NCBI GenBank assembly: GCA_965644495.1
Contig: CBFFSA010000004.1
Span: 186,001 to 250,000 of the forward strand
DNA length: 64,000 bases
Reading direction: 5' to 3'
From: Perkinsela sp. CCAP 1560/9
Lineage: Eukaryota; Protista; Euglenozoa: Kinetoplastea
Part shown: positions 1 to 11,907 of the stretch, one piece after another
Numbering within the stretch: position 1 is the first letter of the stretch
Layout of the letters: every line of letters begins with the position of its first letter
Position numbers and translations under genes: made by a program
Notes under the pieces: model-generated
The model's input: the letters and a program-made list of their open reading frames with translations, nothing else
Told to the model about the DNA's origin: nothing
Databases searched by the model: none

Positions 1-900
1 TACGAATCGTCTCCAGCCTTTAAATTTAAAAGAAGCTTTTCGAAGGCCTTTTTTTCATGGGGCAAGGCGAGTGCCACAAAGGGAAAATACAGAGGAATTG
101 CTTTATCCCACTTGCTGGTACGATTCGATTCCAACGTAATGCGAGCTGAGGCACTTCTAAAGCAGTGCTACCTGGTTCTTGGAACAATTTCTCCGACAGC
201 ATGGAAAACCAATTTGGCGGAAAAGTTGTGCGAAAGCCTTTGTGTGCTCAAGCAAGTGATACTACAAGAAGTTAGTGAAGTGCAGGAGAAACTTTTGAAC
301 CTTGGGGAAAACGATTTCCAGGAAAAACATCGAGTATTTTCAGAGTGTGGTCCAAAATTTTTGAACACCATGACCAGTGCTCGCATGTAGCATGGCGTCG
401 TTACTCCGAAACTTGGAGGGGTTACTCGCTGGTGCTCCGACAAGTTCACGTCCATGGAATTTCTGGCAAACTATTTGCAAACTATTCAGTTATTCATCGA
501 AGAAGCGAAAAAAGGGCCACGAGATTCTAATTCCATTAAGCGGTGTCAAAAAATCTTGACTAAATACGGCTCACAATGCATTCAGAAGCAGTGTGAAATT
601 TTTTTGAGCGAATGTAGTGAACTACATGCGGCACTCAAGGAATTTAGTGAAAGCAAGGATACTCCTATGGCCACACACGTTTGCCAAATGTTGGAGCATC
701 TATACGAAATTTCCGAAGGTACAGGAGCACCACAAGGATTACGATCATCCCTTTTGCACCACAAGAAAAGACTAGATAAGAATCATAACATGCGTCTCTG
801 GAAACAGGTAATGTGGTTTCGACCAAGTTGGGTTGTCCTGTTCGGTCGGCCAATACGTCAACATGCTTTGTGATATTGGCGAACTGAAATTTTGTCTGCG
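1..900 (+). pseudogene. Fragmented hAT-like transposase (same family as 23031-26884), middle/C-terminal part
   Basis: Joined across frames it reads PKLGGVTRWCSDKFTSMEFLANYL and LWKQVMWFRPSW. These match PKLGGVTRWLADKFESMRFLADQL and VWAAVMWFSPEW of ORF 25145-26884. Stops are present. Confidence 0.75.
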
Positions 901-1049
901 CAACCACCGTGAAAAAAAAATATTTTTTTTTTGGGAGGAAAAAAAGTCCCCTTTCACCAAAATTTGTGCATATTAAGGGGGGGAGGGAAGGGGGTGCATA
1001 TTAAGGGGGGGGTCACAGTATATACTTTACATTGGAAAAAGTATTATTA

Positions 1050-1982
1050 AACCCCTCCGCATCAAAAAGGCACCCACCCTTATTTTTCGCACAAGGGGGG
1101 CTAGGGGGGTTATCGCACCACTTTATCGTGCAAAATTTTGAGATCTGTACATTCCCGTTGTCTTTAGGTCATTTCGAAAAATATAAAAAAGTTGAAGGTA
1201 TGTTTTAAAAAAAAACACTTTTCATGCCAAAAAATACGTATCGACTCCCCAGGGGTGGTCTTACAGAAAGTGGAAAAGTGTTATGGCGCATGAGGCTTGG
1301 CCACGGGGTTGCGATAAGGTAACTAGCCCGCGGGTTTAATGTCAATGTGAAACATATTGGAAAATATTTGAAAAACAATTCGCCTGAAATTCTTTACACT
1401 CTGAGCCCTGAAGTAAAAAAAGAATCCAAAGACACTTTGTTATTCTTCCATCCAACTCAATTACATGTGTTTCGTACATTAAAACATTAAAAAAAGTACC
1501 ATTCACCACAAACTGTATTTTTCAGCAAGATGGGGCAACACCTCACACTGCGAAGGAAACAAAAGCGTACCTTGATGACAACAAAATGAAATTTTTGAAA
1601 AATTAGCCGCCCAACTCCCCCGATCTCTCACCAATAGAAAGCGTGTGGAGCATGGTACAAAGTCTTGTAGATGAATACAATCCGGCAAATAAAGAAGATC
1701 TCATAAAAAGCGTACGTAAAGCTTGGCGTAAATTGTCTCAAGATTATATTTATGATTGGGTTTTGAGCTTAGATGCTCGCCTCAAAGCTTGTGTGGCGAG
1801 TAACGGAGAAAAGGTGACAAAATGGTAAACTTTCTCTAAAATATACGTATTCGTTTCTTTTTGTTTCATTTCTTCACGCGCAAAGTCTTTATGTTGAGAT
1901 CTGCAAAATGCAACAAAAATCAGCCCAAACGGACATTTCGCTGAAAAGTTAAGGGTGGGTGCCTTATTGGTGCGGAGGGGTT
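1050..1982 (+). mobile_element. Internally deleted Tc1/mariner-type element
   Basis: Imperfect TIRs AACCCCTCCGCA..AAGGCACCCACCCTTA with TA at both flanks. A decayed C-terminus reads PPNSPDLSPIESVW...RLKACVASNG. Confidence 0.8.
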
Positions 1983-2271
1983 TATAAGCGTATTCTAAAA
2001 TCTTGAGCATTTGACATTATTAATTTGATTAGGCATTTGTTCAAAGAATTTTGTATTTCAACATTCGCTGCAATAGTCCGTAGTCATGCTATGTAGTCAT
2101 GCTAATAGTCCGTAGTCATGCGTTGTTCATTCTATTAAATGATAGTAAAACGTCGAGGGGAAAACAAGTGAAACGTCGAAAATAACCATAACAAAAACGA
2201 GAGCGCAAGAGCTATGAGTTCCCTAACACAATGCAGAGCGCCAATAATCCAACATACAGCACGTTTCTCAA

Positions 2272-3816
2272 TTATGCACTCTGATATTCGATAGTCCGCC
2301 TGGCGAAAATCAAGAAAGCCGTGTGCGCAATCGTGCCGTTCCGTGGAACTAACACTCCAGTGGACCTTGATTCAGAATGTGACCCTTTCTCCGAAAAGAA
2401 GCCCTTTTTTTCGTCCGTTACAAACGAGTCACACTCTTCTTCATCGGAATCCTTACCACGTTTTGAACCCCTTCTACCCGTCGTTCTTTCGTCCATGGAG
2501 ATGTCTTTTCCACTTTCGTCCGCTCTCTCCTGCGAAAGACAACTCCTCGATTTTACATTCCGCACCATGGGGTCATAAAACCGCGGCTGACACTCACACA
2601 CCCGAATCTCCGTAAACAAGGGGTGGCTCCTCAGTGCCCCCACCACCTTTTGCACCTGTTCCACACACGGGGAGAAGGCACAAAACATCCCCCCCGGTTT
2701 CAACCCCCACTCACCTATTCGTGTGTGATTCTCCACAAAAACCCAAGGCTTGGGGAGATCTAAAAAAATCCCATCCAATGCCTTTTCTCCCCATGCAGGG
2801 GCTACCCCCTCTTTTCCCCCCTCCCCTCCCCCCCCTCCCCCCGCCATCACATCCCCCCAGTAGCACCGCACCACCCCCCCGAGCCCGTGCCGCTCCACCT
2901 CCCCCTTTGCGGCCTCATGCCGCCCCCGGTGGAACTCCACGGTGTGCACGACCCCGTGGGGGGAGACCGCGCGCGCGAGGTCGTGGGTGAGGGCCGCGCT
3001 GCCGGTGCCGGCCTCCAGCACGGCCGCCCCGGGGGGGAGGCGCAGCCCGGAGAGGATGAGGCCGGCGTCCCGGTCGTGGATGAACTGGGTGCGGGGGGGG
3101 AGGGTGAGGCGCCAGAGGGGGGGGGTGGGGCGTAGGAGGGAGAGGGTGAGGGGAGGGGGGGGAGGGGGGGGAGGGGGGGTCCTGTACCCGTGTTCCCCGG
3201 GCTCCGTGGGAGGGGGGGAGGCGGGGGGAGACGGAGGCGGGGCCTCACGCTCTGTGGGGTTGGGTTGTGGGGTAGTACCCTCGCCCTCTGTCTCCTTGGG
3301 TTGTGGGGTCGTACCCTCGCCCTCCATCGCCTTGGGTTGTGGGGTCGTACCCTCCGTCTCTTTATTTTTTAGTGTCTCACCCTCCGTCTCCTTTATTTTG
3401 GTCTCACCCTCCAGCTGTTTATTTTTTGTGGTCCCACCCTCCAGCTCTTTATTTTTTGTGGTCCCACCCTCCATCTCCTCCGCGTGCTGAGAAGAAGGGG
3501 GAGCGGATTGCTGTTGTTGTTGTTTCATTGTTGTCTTTGAGTCCTTTGATTTTACAGAGGAAACCACAACTTTGCGACGTCGAGAGGGGTGACGTTGGGA
3601 GGTTGTGGATACGGAGGGGAAAACCTCCAGAGTGGTGCCGTAGCGTTGCCCGATGAGCCGGGAGTAGGGGAGGGTACAGCCCCGGATGTGTACGGCGTCC
3701 GGGGAGGTGGAGGGCGGTGAGGTCGGGACAGGGATCTCAACGCAGTGGACGAAGTTGTAGCCAGAGGAGAGAAAGAGGATGTCACCTGGTTGTACAACAC
3801 TTCGGGAGTGGAACAT
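2272..3816 (-). CDS. TRM61: tRNA (adenine-58-N1)-methyltransferase catalytic subunit with low-complexity insertions
   Basis: GCD14/Trm61 motifs LLRPTPPLWRLTLPPRTQ, VLEAGTGSAALT, VEFHRGR, IFLDLPKPW, FSPCVEQVQ and HTAFLIFA. Confidence 0.92.
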   Translation of the reverse strand: MFHSRSVVQPGDILFLSSGYNFVHCVEIPVPTSPPSTSPDAVHIRGCTLPYSRLIGQRYGTTLEVFPSVSTTSQRHPSRRRKVVVSSVKSKDSKTTMKQQQQQSAPPSSQHAEEMEGGTTKNKELEGGTTKNKQLEGETKIKETEGETLKNKETEGTTPQPKAMEGEGTTPQPKETEGEGTTPQPNPTEREAPPPSPPASPPPTEPGEHGYRTPPPPPPPPPLTLSLLRPTPPLWRLTLPPRTQFIHDRDAGLILSGLRLPPGAAVLEAGTGSAALTHDLARAVSPHGVVHTVEFHRGRHEAAKGEVERHGLGGVVRCYWGDVMAGGGGGGEGGKEGVAPAWGEKALDGIFLDLPKPWVFVENHTRIGEWGLKPGGMFCAFSPCVEQVQKVVGALRSHPLFTEIRVCECQPRFYDPMVRNVKSRSCLSQERADESGKDISMDERTTGRRGSKRGKDSDEEECDSFVTDEKKGFFSEKGSHSESRSTGVLVPRNGTIAHTAFLIFARRTIEYQSA

Positions 3817-3910
3817 GGTTAAGTTTATAAGGGTATAGGAGGATAAGGGGCTTGATTCTACTCGTGGTATACTTTGAATGTCAAAGATAACGCTGTAGGA
3901 CTAAAATATA

Positions 3911-4692
3911 CAGGGGGGGTCACGAAAACTGTTACACCTGCCAAATTTGGCCTATGCGGCCGTTTTGGCTAATTTTTGTTGCATTTTGCAGATCTCAGTG
4001 TTAATATCGTGTTGAAACCATTCCGAGTACAAGAGTAGACGGGGTAGGGTGATTCTTTGGACTCCGAAAACAAGAATTTTATAGTTTTTGCAAATCCTTT
4101 TGGCTACCAAAAAATATCATATTTAACATTCTGTAGTCAATGGAGCCACCATTTTTGTCCCGCAGCTCTTGTAATCGAGTTGGGAGGCTGTTTATTGCTG
4201 ATTTTTCCAGCAAGCATCTGTCGAAATTCGTCAGTATCACAGGTGTTTTCGCGTGTGTACTTCTTTCGCTTTACATCACCCGTTTCTTCAAAACGCTTAA
4301 TGTAGCGCGATACAGAAGTGTGTGAACAGTTCTCGAACAGCTGTCTCGCGCAAAGAGGCCCCTTGGTCCACCTCGTGAGAGCAAACCACCCTAGTGGCAT
4401 AATATGTTTGCTCCGGCGAAAGCTGGCGACGATTTAGACGGGATCGTTTCCCCATTTTCGACAAAAAACAGATCAAAAAAACAAAAGAGGGACTTTTTCT
4501 TGCATTTTTGCATTTTTTGGGGGTGAATTTTTCGTATATTTTGTACCAAAATTATTGTTTTCGGAAAATCGAAAAGTTGTTGGTTTCAACACGATATTAA
4601 CACTGAGATCTGCAAAATACAACAAAAATTAGCCGAAACGGCCGCATAGGCCAAAATTGGCAGGTGTAACAGTTTTCGTGCCCCCCCCCCTG
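3911..4692. mobile_element. Non-autonomous Tc1-like element with ~110-bp TIRs
   Basis: CAGGGGGGGTCACGAAAACTGTTACACCTGCC...GTTGAAACCA is inverted at 4581-4692, with TA TSD. An HTH remnant (SVSRYIKRFEETGDV) lies on the minus strand. Confidence 0.85.
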
Positions 4693-4756
4693 TATTGTCG
4701 CATACCATGGTAATGTGGTAAATAATGTGTTAGTTACTGTGACCCCCCCCTTAATA

Positions 4757-5277
4757 CAGGGGGGTGCAGCTAAATCTGGTGGATCTAAGATTTGTAAACT
4801 TTAGAAAATAACAGCGCATTCGAGAGCTCTCGCGAATCCCTCGGGTGGAAAGTGCGTCGTTTTCCACACCTTGCATAGCGTGGATAAGGTCGAAAACGTC
4901 AATTGCAAGCTCTTTTGCACAGCTTACCTCAGAACAAGACCCTGTTTTGGCGTACCTCTCCAGACAACGCACTCTACCATCGGTTGCCCAATGAATGGTA
5001 ATGAGCCTTTTAAGACACTTCCTGGTGAATGGACTCACCTTTCATTCACGGATACCGAAAAAACGTAAAACAACATGCCAAAAATACAAAAATAATGTAA
5101 GATTGCCAGTTTTCTTTTTGCATTTTCGTTATGAAAACGGTAAGGCTCTAAACGGCGGGAAACGACGTATTTTCCACCAGAGGGATTTGCGAGAGCTGTC
5201 CAATGCGCTATGATTTTCTAAAATTAGCCAAGTTTTACAATTTTTAGACCCCTCCAAGATTTAGTTGCAATCCCCTG
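4757..5277. mobile_element. TA-flanked MITE nested in the end of another element
   Basis: Imperfect TIRs CAGGGG..TGCA.CTAAATCT..., TA TSD. Removing it restores CTGTGACCCCCCCCTTAATACTTCGCCC, as seen near 52988. Confidence 0.75.
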
Positions 5278-5745
5278 TACTTCGCCCATTTTAAGCAGAA
5301 ACGAAGTAAGAGGGGGCGCCTGAATTGTTTTTCATGGGTCTGAAAATTGTTCGCCACTGTAAAAAAACCTTGCCGTTTCGCGGCGCAACTCATCCAGTTT
5401 TCATGTCTCACCTTCCATTTCTACCGGCACTGCTATCTTATCGATAGTACATACGCCGACCTTTATTAGAGAAAAAAATTAGAGAAAGAAACGGAGAAAA
5501 AAAGAAACCGGCAATATTGAAATTTTATGAAAGAATGCTGGCCCCCACTTTAGAGTCCAAATGCCCAAAATCGGCGGACTCTTAGGTAGAGGGGTACAGC
5601 AAGAGATTTTTTTTTGATTGAATTGACTTTGCCATTATCTAGGCATTGAGAAATAATGAATGAGGAAAAAATCTAAAAAAATTATCCCTTCCCTACTCAG
5701 CCACACCCGGACGCACATCAGTATAATATTGGTAAGCTGGCTTCA

Positions 5746-6381
5746 TCAGTAATATTGGTAAGTTATTCGTCCGTCTGCCCATCGAGTCGTATCTCTCTTA
5801 AGTTTACCATTCCAAACCTCAATATTTGTTCCGCTCATATCGTACGTTGTTCGCTTTGGCATCACATGTTCCCCCAAAGTTCCCCCTAGCTCCACGTTAT
5901 CCAGCAGCCAAATAGCGCTTAGTGAGTCAGGCATCTTACTGAAGTCCAATACTCCGTGAAACAAGTTCTCCGAAAGTCCTAGAACATTCATTGTTTGAGG
6001 GAGACGAGTAAAATCCGGGGTTCCAATGAGGTTGTTGCTATCCACAAAGAAGTACGCAAGCTGAGGCGGCAGATTACTCATTTGAAGTTCCCCTGTTAAT
6101 TGATTGTAATGAACGGAGAAATATGTAAGAGATCTTGGTAAGTACTCCCAGCAAATCGACCCCTGAAGCTTATAATTGTACCAGTTGACTTTTTCCAGCA
6201 CTCCGTCAGCATTGTATTCCAATCCTTTGCGTTGAGAAAGTGGTGTATTTGAGTCCCAGGAAGAATGCGGATTCTGTACTTTTTGAATAAGCATTGCAAA
6301 TTCATTCTCTGGTCAAAACACATTACCTCGAACTTTTCCAGCGCGTGAAACGGCACTGACCTCACTAGTTTCTGATGACAT
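5746..6381 (-). pseudogene. LRR family gene with an in-frame stop near the N-terminus
   Basis: MSSETSEVSAVSRAGKVRGNVF*PENEFAM is in frame with the 182-aa LRR ORF (LPxxLxxFxVxxNxLxG repeats). Confidence 0.75.
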
Positions 6382-6429
6382 GCAAAGCTTAACAGATTGC
6401 GTACACAAGCAAAAAAAAGTGGACCTATA

Positions 6430-6538
6430 CACCCCTTAAAGGATAGCAGTCCCCCTTCATTTCTATTAAGTATTATTATTTTTATTATAATTAGGTCAAA
6501 AACTTAAGGGGGGGTCTGCTTTAATCCTTTAAGGGGTG
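6430..6538. mobile_element. 109-bp MITE (CACCCCTTAAAGGAT family)
   Basis: TIRs CACCCCTTAAAGGAT / ATCCTTTAAGGGGTG with TA TSD. The same end occurs near 18633, near 18868 and at 34137. Confidence 0.8.
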
Positions 6539-6867
6539 TATGATGCAGTGAGTAAGAAAACATGGAATTCAAGGAGGATTGCACGCTTTTTGGAAGAAAC
6601 AAATAATGAGCACGCTTTCTCAAGACGCAGTTTATACATCTGGTTTGCTATCGTATGAATTGCATGTAATTCTCATTTCTATCTTTTCGTTAAACGAGGT
6701 GCCTATTTTCAATTTATACAGTAAGTCACCACTGCTGCGCACTTCGCGTTGAAAACTACCTCCGCGTTTAACGGAGAGTTCTCGGTGCGGTCTCTGGCGA
6801 AGCCCCTGCAGCCCCTCGTTTGGTTTCTTCAATCACATCATGAACTAAGTCAATCACAAACAAAAAA

Positions 6868-7866
6868 CTAATCCAGAATTTTAATTTTTGTACCTTCCAC
6901 GCAACTCTCTTTCCCCACTTTAAGCCGTAGGGAAGTTTTTTTCACTTCTCCGCAAAGATCCTGGTTATTGGCCACCGTAAAATATCTTAATTGGAATGGA
7001 AGATGGGACAAGTCTACATTACCCGAAAATTTATTGTCATGGAGATGTAATAGAACCAGGCTTCGCTCACGTAGTTTGTTTAGACCCAATGTCCCGGACA
7101 ACGCGTTGCAATTGAGATATAGTGAGTTCATCTTTGGAGGAAGTAAATCCAAACAAATACTTCCGGTAAATTTATTATGATTCAAAGTAAGATAGGTCAT
7201 GCTTTCCGGTAAGGATGTCAAATCCAGGGATCCATCGAGAGCGTTGTGATCCAGTGTAAGTGTTCTCATCGTGGCGTGCAAACGTGTAAGAGAAATGCTT
7301 CCGCTAAATTTGTTTTTGTTCAAATACAACGACTGTAGGGTATCTGGCAAAACCGTCAAGTCTACAACCCCACTAAATTGATTACCACTACGGCATAAAT
7401 ACTCCAGCTTGGAGGGTAATTCTTCCCAGGACACCTCACCGGTACATCCTTTAGCTTCCTTATCTTGAGCCACAGAGAACAGTGTAACATGTGAGGGCAG
7501 GTAAGAAAGGTGTATGGTGCCTGTTACTACCTTATGGTGCCAATTCACTTCGTTCACTTCTCCCTTGTCATCACAAGTAAGACCGTCCCAGTCACACGCA
7601 GGAGTTTCGATCGTCCATGAGGGATGCGTCCCTTCCACGTCTCGAATCAAACGTGCGAGCTCGTATTCTTGGGGAAGATTCGCAGATCGGACTCTTGCAC
7701 TCCTGCTCTGGGTGGAGTTTGTTCCCCCGATAACAGGCTGTGCTTCGTAATCCTGCTTACGTCGTTTGGAAGGCGGTGAGCCAATATCAGAAAACAAAAA
7801 ACTCGAAACGGACATGGAAAAAGCGGGTGAAAGGGGCATAATTTTGTACCGGTATGAAAATGGCAT
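6868..7866 (-). CDS. Plant-type leucine-rich repeat protein
   Basis: LRRNT-like cap W..ETPACDWDGLTC followed by ~8 24-aa repeats LxxLxLxxNxFSGxxDLxxLP. Confidence 0.9.
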   Translation of the reverse strand: MPFSYRYKIMPLSPAFSMSVSSFLFSDIGSPPSKRRKQDYEAQPVIGGTNSTQSRSARVRSANLPQEYELARLIRDVEGTHPSWTIETPACDWDGLTCDDKGEVNEVNWHHKVVTGTIHLSYLPSHVTLFSVAQDKEAKGCTGEVSWEELPSKLEYLCRSGNQFSGVVDLTVLPDTLQSLYLNKNKFSGSISLTRLHATMRTLTLDHNALDGSLDLTSLPESMTYLTLNHNKFTGSICLDLLPPKMNSLYLNCNALSGTLGLNKLRERSLVLLHLHDNKFSGNVDLSHLPFQLRYFTVANNQDLCGEVKKTSLRLKVGKESCVEGTKIKILD

Positions 7867-7914
7867 ATTTTTCCGACGAACTAGAAAAGGTTTTTATAAA
7901 CCTCTAAACATTTA

Positions 7915-8657
7915 CCGTCCCCCCCTATTTAGTGTTTAGTAGAATTGGGCAAAATTAAACACTAAGTAGGGGAGAGGAAATATCAATGAAAAAGACGCGA
8001 AAAACAGATAAAAAATGAAAAAATGAGCGGAAAAAAACGGTGCCGCTTTGCGACGCTGTTCGTTGATACCGAAACTACACTCGAAAACTTTCGAAACGAA
8101 CCAGCTGATGTTCTCCGCGTTTCGGGATCCATGAAATCCTCCACACTCTTTCAAGAGTTCTAATCTTTCGTTTAGTCTTGCAGAGCTTGTTAAGCAGCCT
8201 CTTGATAATTGCATCCTTGGCATTGATTTTTTCTCCAAGGACTTGAATTGTTCGTCACTTGGATCTGAAATTAATTGTGGAACGGGTGCTTCCTTTTCAG
8301 GGGACAAAGAGTCAAGGCTGATATCGTCATCAGCTCCGCGCGATACATCGGAGTTAAGACCCTTTATTTCCCCTACTGCTTCTAAAAGCTTTGCGTCTAA
8401 CCCAGGCGACAATGGTCCATTTCCTTGCGCTTCGGCACTATTTTTTCGGTGTTCTCTGTGGTAATCTGAGTATGCCTAAAAAGAAATTAACTAAAAACAA
8501 GTCTCGCAGCTCTTTCAAGGTTGGTCCCATTTTTCGTGAACGGGGTTGTACAAAATAAAAATGGGCGCCGCTTCGCGGCGCCAATTTCTGCGAAGTCTTG
8601 AAATTAAACACTAAATAGGGGGGGCAAGGTACTAAATAGTAAATAGGGGGGGGGCGG
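7915..8657. mobile_element. Non-autonomous TA-flanked element with subterminal repeats
   Basis: Ends CCGTCCCCCCCTATTT / AAATAGGGGGGGGGCGG, TA flanks, and repeated AAATTAAACACTAA(A/G)TAGGGG. Confidence 0.7.
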
Positions 8658-9214
8658 TATATATTCGGCAATTTTGAAATAAATTCTAATCATATTAGAA
8701 TGAAGGGAAAATAGGACTCGGTTCGAATTTTGCGGGGCATTGCTAAGAGAGCAACAATGCACGTGAGATCTTCTTGAAGAAACCCCTTTTCTGACGAAAC
8801 GTACGTCCATGTCGGGGACGGTACGTCTGATGTACATCTTATTTGAACCCATGAATTAGGCCTACCATAGTGAATGATGCCAGAAAATATATGATACAAA
8901 ATAAAAGGTAGTATTTCGGCAAAAATGTACCCTAAAATTTAAAAACTGGTAATTTTTTGTCATTTATTTTTTTATTTATTTTTGAAGAAAATATATAGTT
9001 TGAACATTTACAAAAAACATTTCAACACATTTCCAGAACAATAGGCAGTTACAACGTTCACAAATGTCATGTACATGCATTGCTTCATAACACTTTAGAG
9101 TTATGAGACTTCTAGGGTCTATAAAGGAGGGTAAATACCCCCTGTATACGGGGGTACATGTATTGATGTTGGTTACTCAGAGTAACTTACTCTAGGTTTC
9201 TTTAAATGAATAAC

Positions 9215-9967
9215 TCACTTTGGACCTCGTTGTATTCCAACGTTAACCACACGCGGTGGAGGGTGAGGCAAAATCTGTGAAAAGCAGTTGTCGGATATGT
9301 CGATAGATTCCAAAGCTTCTGGTAGGGAGCCAAGACGTGCTGTCCCTTCAAAAGCATTGCTTTCCATATCCAGCCGAGACAACTTGTCAGGTAGATGTTC
9401 CAAGTCAACGGTCCCAGTAAACCTATTTTGGCTCAGGTAAAGCCAACGCAATTTCCGCGGCAGTCCCAAAAGATCCAAATTTCCATATAATTTATTCCAA
9501 TGTAATTGTACATCTATTAAACCGGGGGGTAGGACGGTCAAGTCTACAGTGCCCTCAAACCCGTTCCAGCACAGCGACAAGAACACCAAACTCCTGGGCA
9601 GCTCCCCAATGGATATTGTTCCCACGAATTGGTTTACCCCTAGATCGATTATGTGCAATGAAGCAGGTAAATGATCCCATGCCACCGTGCCTGAAAATTT
9701 GTTTTTCTCTAAGCTGATTCCTTGGAGAGAGTGAGGCAGTGCGCTCCATAGAATGGATCCACTGAGATCTTGATTTTGCCAACGTATGTGACAAATTTCT
9801 CCTTCATCACTACACACGACACCATTCCATTCGCAGACGTCTTGCTCTACACTCCAAGTTTGATCCGGATTATGGATCAAAGATACAACTTGGCTGAGCT
9901 GTATTTCCGGGGACAATATAGAGCCCCGCACCTTACCCAGTTTTATGTCTGCGAGGGCGATAATCAT
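9215..9967 (-). CDS. Plant-type LRR protein
   Basis: ADIKLGKVRGS motif, VCEWNGVVC cap and 24-aa LRRs. The start codon is uncertain. Confidence 0.88.
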   Translation of the reverse strand: MIIALADIKLGKVRGSILSPEIQLSQVVSLIHNPDQTWSVEQDVCEWNGVVCSDEGEICHIRWQNQDLSGSILWSALPHSLQGISLEKNKFSGTVAWDHLPASLHIIDLGVNQFVGTISIGELPRSLVFLSLCWNGFEGTVDLTVLPPGLIDVQLHWNKLYGNLDLLGLPRKLRWLYLSQNRFTGTVDLEHLPDKLSRLDMESNAFEGTARLGSLPEALESIDISDNCFSQILPHPPPRVVNVGIQRGPK

Positions 9968-10532
9968 CTAAAAATATTAAGTATGGTAGAGAAACAAGAA
10001 CTTATATTCATTTCCCAGGGTTTCAGCCCTCCTACAAAAACAAGGGTAAAAATAAGTAAAAAATTACATGAAACTCAAAAAACTACCATCGAGAAGTTTA
10101 ACTAGTCACAGAATGAGAAGACTCGCCCGTAGGCAGCTCCGGATAAAAATGGAGCAAGAATACGATACTCTATGGTCAATGTACTTGTACTGTAGAGTGT
10201 TCCCTCCGTGCACATTAAATAAATGATTACCCGTCGCAGAGGAGGACGCCATCCAACAATGCGAGGGGAACGACAACATGGTTTGAACATGGTTGCACTC
10301 AGAAACTAAACACGATGGATTGGGTGACAGTAACTTAAATAATTCATTTATTTACTCCACCAAATTAAGTCTAAATACGAAGATTACGATAAGACCAAGG
10401 GTGTAAACTCCAATTCATATTCTAATTGAGATGATCTGCACAAATTCAATTGGCGTTTTTAGTAGATAAAATGAGATAAAAATGAAAGACAAAGCTTTAC
10501 AAAATAAAATACAAATGTCACGATAAATAAAT

Positions 10533-11402
10533 TTATGAGACATAGCATAGTTTTGTGTCGGTGTATCGAAAGTCGCCCAGTGACGGAGGAAAATCAGCCT
10601 TGTCAATCTTACCACTCAACTCCGAGTTGCTATCAAGGAACAATTTTATTAATCGATTGGGAAGACGATCTAGCTGTACAGGACCAGAAAAGTAGTTGTG
10701 ATCGCAGTAGAGTTCTCGGAGCGACGAAGGTAAACGCGTTAGGTGAAGTGGTCCTGTAAACTTATTGAAACCCAACACGAGGCGCCGTAGCCACTGAGGC
10801 AAACTACGGAGATCGACATCTCCGGAAAGAGAATTGTATTGAAGACTTAATTCATGTAACGTTTCAGGAAGATGGGTGAGATCTACACAGCCCTGAAACT
10901 TGTTATCACCCAAATACAATTTGTCCAATTCACTTACTATATGGCTCAAGTCGAGTTCACCGAAAAATTTATTGGAACCGACATTTAGTGACGCGAGACC
11001 TTGGGGTAAAACTTCAAACGGTATTGTTCCAGAAAGATTGTTACCTGAAAAATCACAGCTCAATACTGTTTTCGGAAGCCACATCCACTGAACTGATCCC
11101 GATAAACGTAAACAATCCCACTCGAGCACCACAACGTATGTGTCGTCTTGACAGAATACATTTTGCCACTCACACGCAGGGGTTGATGAGGTCCAGGTGG
11201 CATGCGGGTTCGTAATATTTTCGATGAATCGTGCGAGTTCATACTCCTGTGGCAAATTCGCTCCTCGCACTTTGCTGGGTAGTCGAGTTCCAGGATTCAC
11301 GTTGGAAACATCCTTTGTATTAACCACTGCACAAAAGGGTGCGGCGTTTTGGGTAGGTCTGAACATTTTCACGAATAACCAAATCAATAGAATACTTTTC
11401 AT
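10533..11402 (-). CDS. Plant-type LRR protein with hydrophobic N-terminus
   Basis: MKSILLIWLFV..., SKVRGANLPQEYELA, PACEWQNVFC cap and 24-aa LRRs. Confidence 0.9.
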   Translation of the reverse strand: MKSILLIWLFVKMFRPTQNAAPFCAVVNTKDVSNVNPGTRLPSKVRGANLPQEYELARFIENITNPHATWTSSTPACEWQNVFCQDDTYVVVLEWDCLRLSGSVQWMWLPKTVLSCDFSGNNLSGTIPFEVLPQGLASLNVGSNKFFGELDLSHIVSELDKLYLGDNKFQGCVDLTHLPETLHELSLQYNSLSGDVDLRSLPQWLRRLVLGFNKFTGPLHLTRLPSSLRELYCDHNYFSGPVQLDRLPNRLIKLFLDSNSELSGKIDKADFPPSLGDFRYTDTKLCYVS

Positions 11403-11907
11403 ACCATTAGTAAGGAAGATAACCTGCTTTATTAGGCTTTACAGAATACATACCTAACAGAGGAAATCGGGTAATTACCCGGTACATGGTGACAATTGCT
11501 AACTAGTGTGGAGAAATGAAAACAATCGAAATTTACAAATAAATAGGAGAAATACAAAAATTAACATTGGTATTATTGTACATTGTAAATAAAAATATTA
11601 TCTAATGTATCTAATAAAAATATTTTCTAATCACATTTACAGACGTACTTGCTCTATCCATTTTCTCTAACCCGCACATGCGGGGTTTTTAACAGACTAA
11701 GTCCTGTGCATGTAAATTCATTTTTTTTGTACGAAAAAAATCTATTAGTAAATGATAATGATCCTATACGTGGAGGTGCAAATATGTGTATTTGCAGCGC
11801 GAACATATTACAAAAAAAAAAATAGCTACAATGATAGGTATTCTAGTATTTGTTATATAATATTTCTATTTTATCAACTATATTTAAAAACATTTTACCT
11901 TTTTACC

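Noticed and set aside
2634-3656. Overlapping G/P-rich ORFs antisense to TRM61 (likewise within PAP and RAD23)
   Set aside because: Shadow ORFs arising from GC-rich low-complexity coding sequence.
10100-10330. Possible HDV-like ribozyme or solo LTR
   Set aside because: I could not build a complete pseudoknot or find matching TG..CA ends with a TSD.
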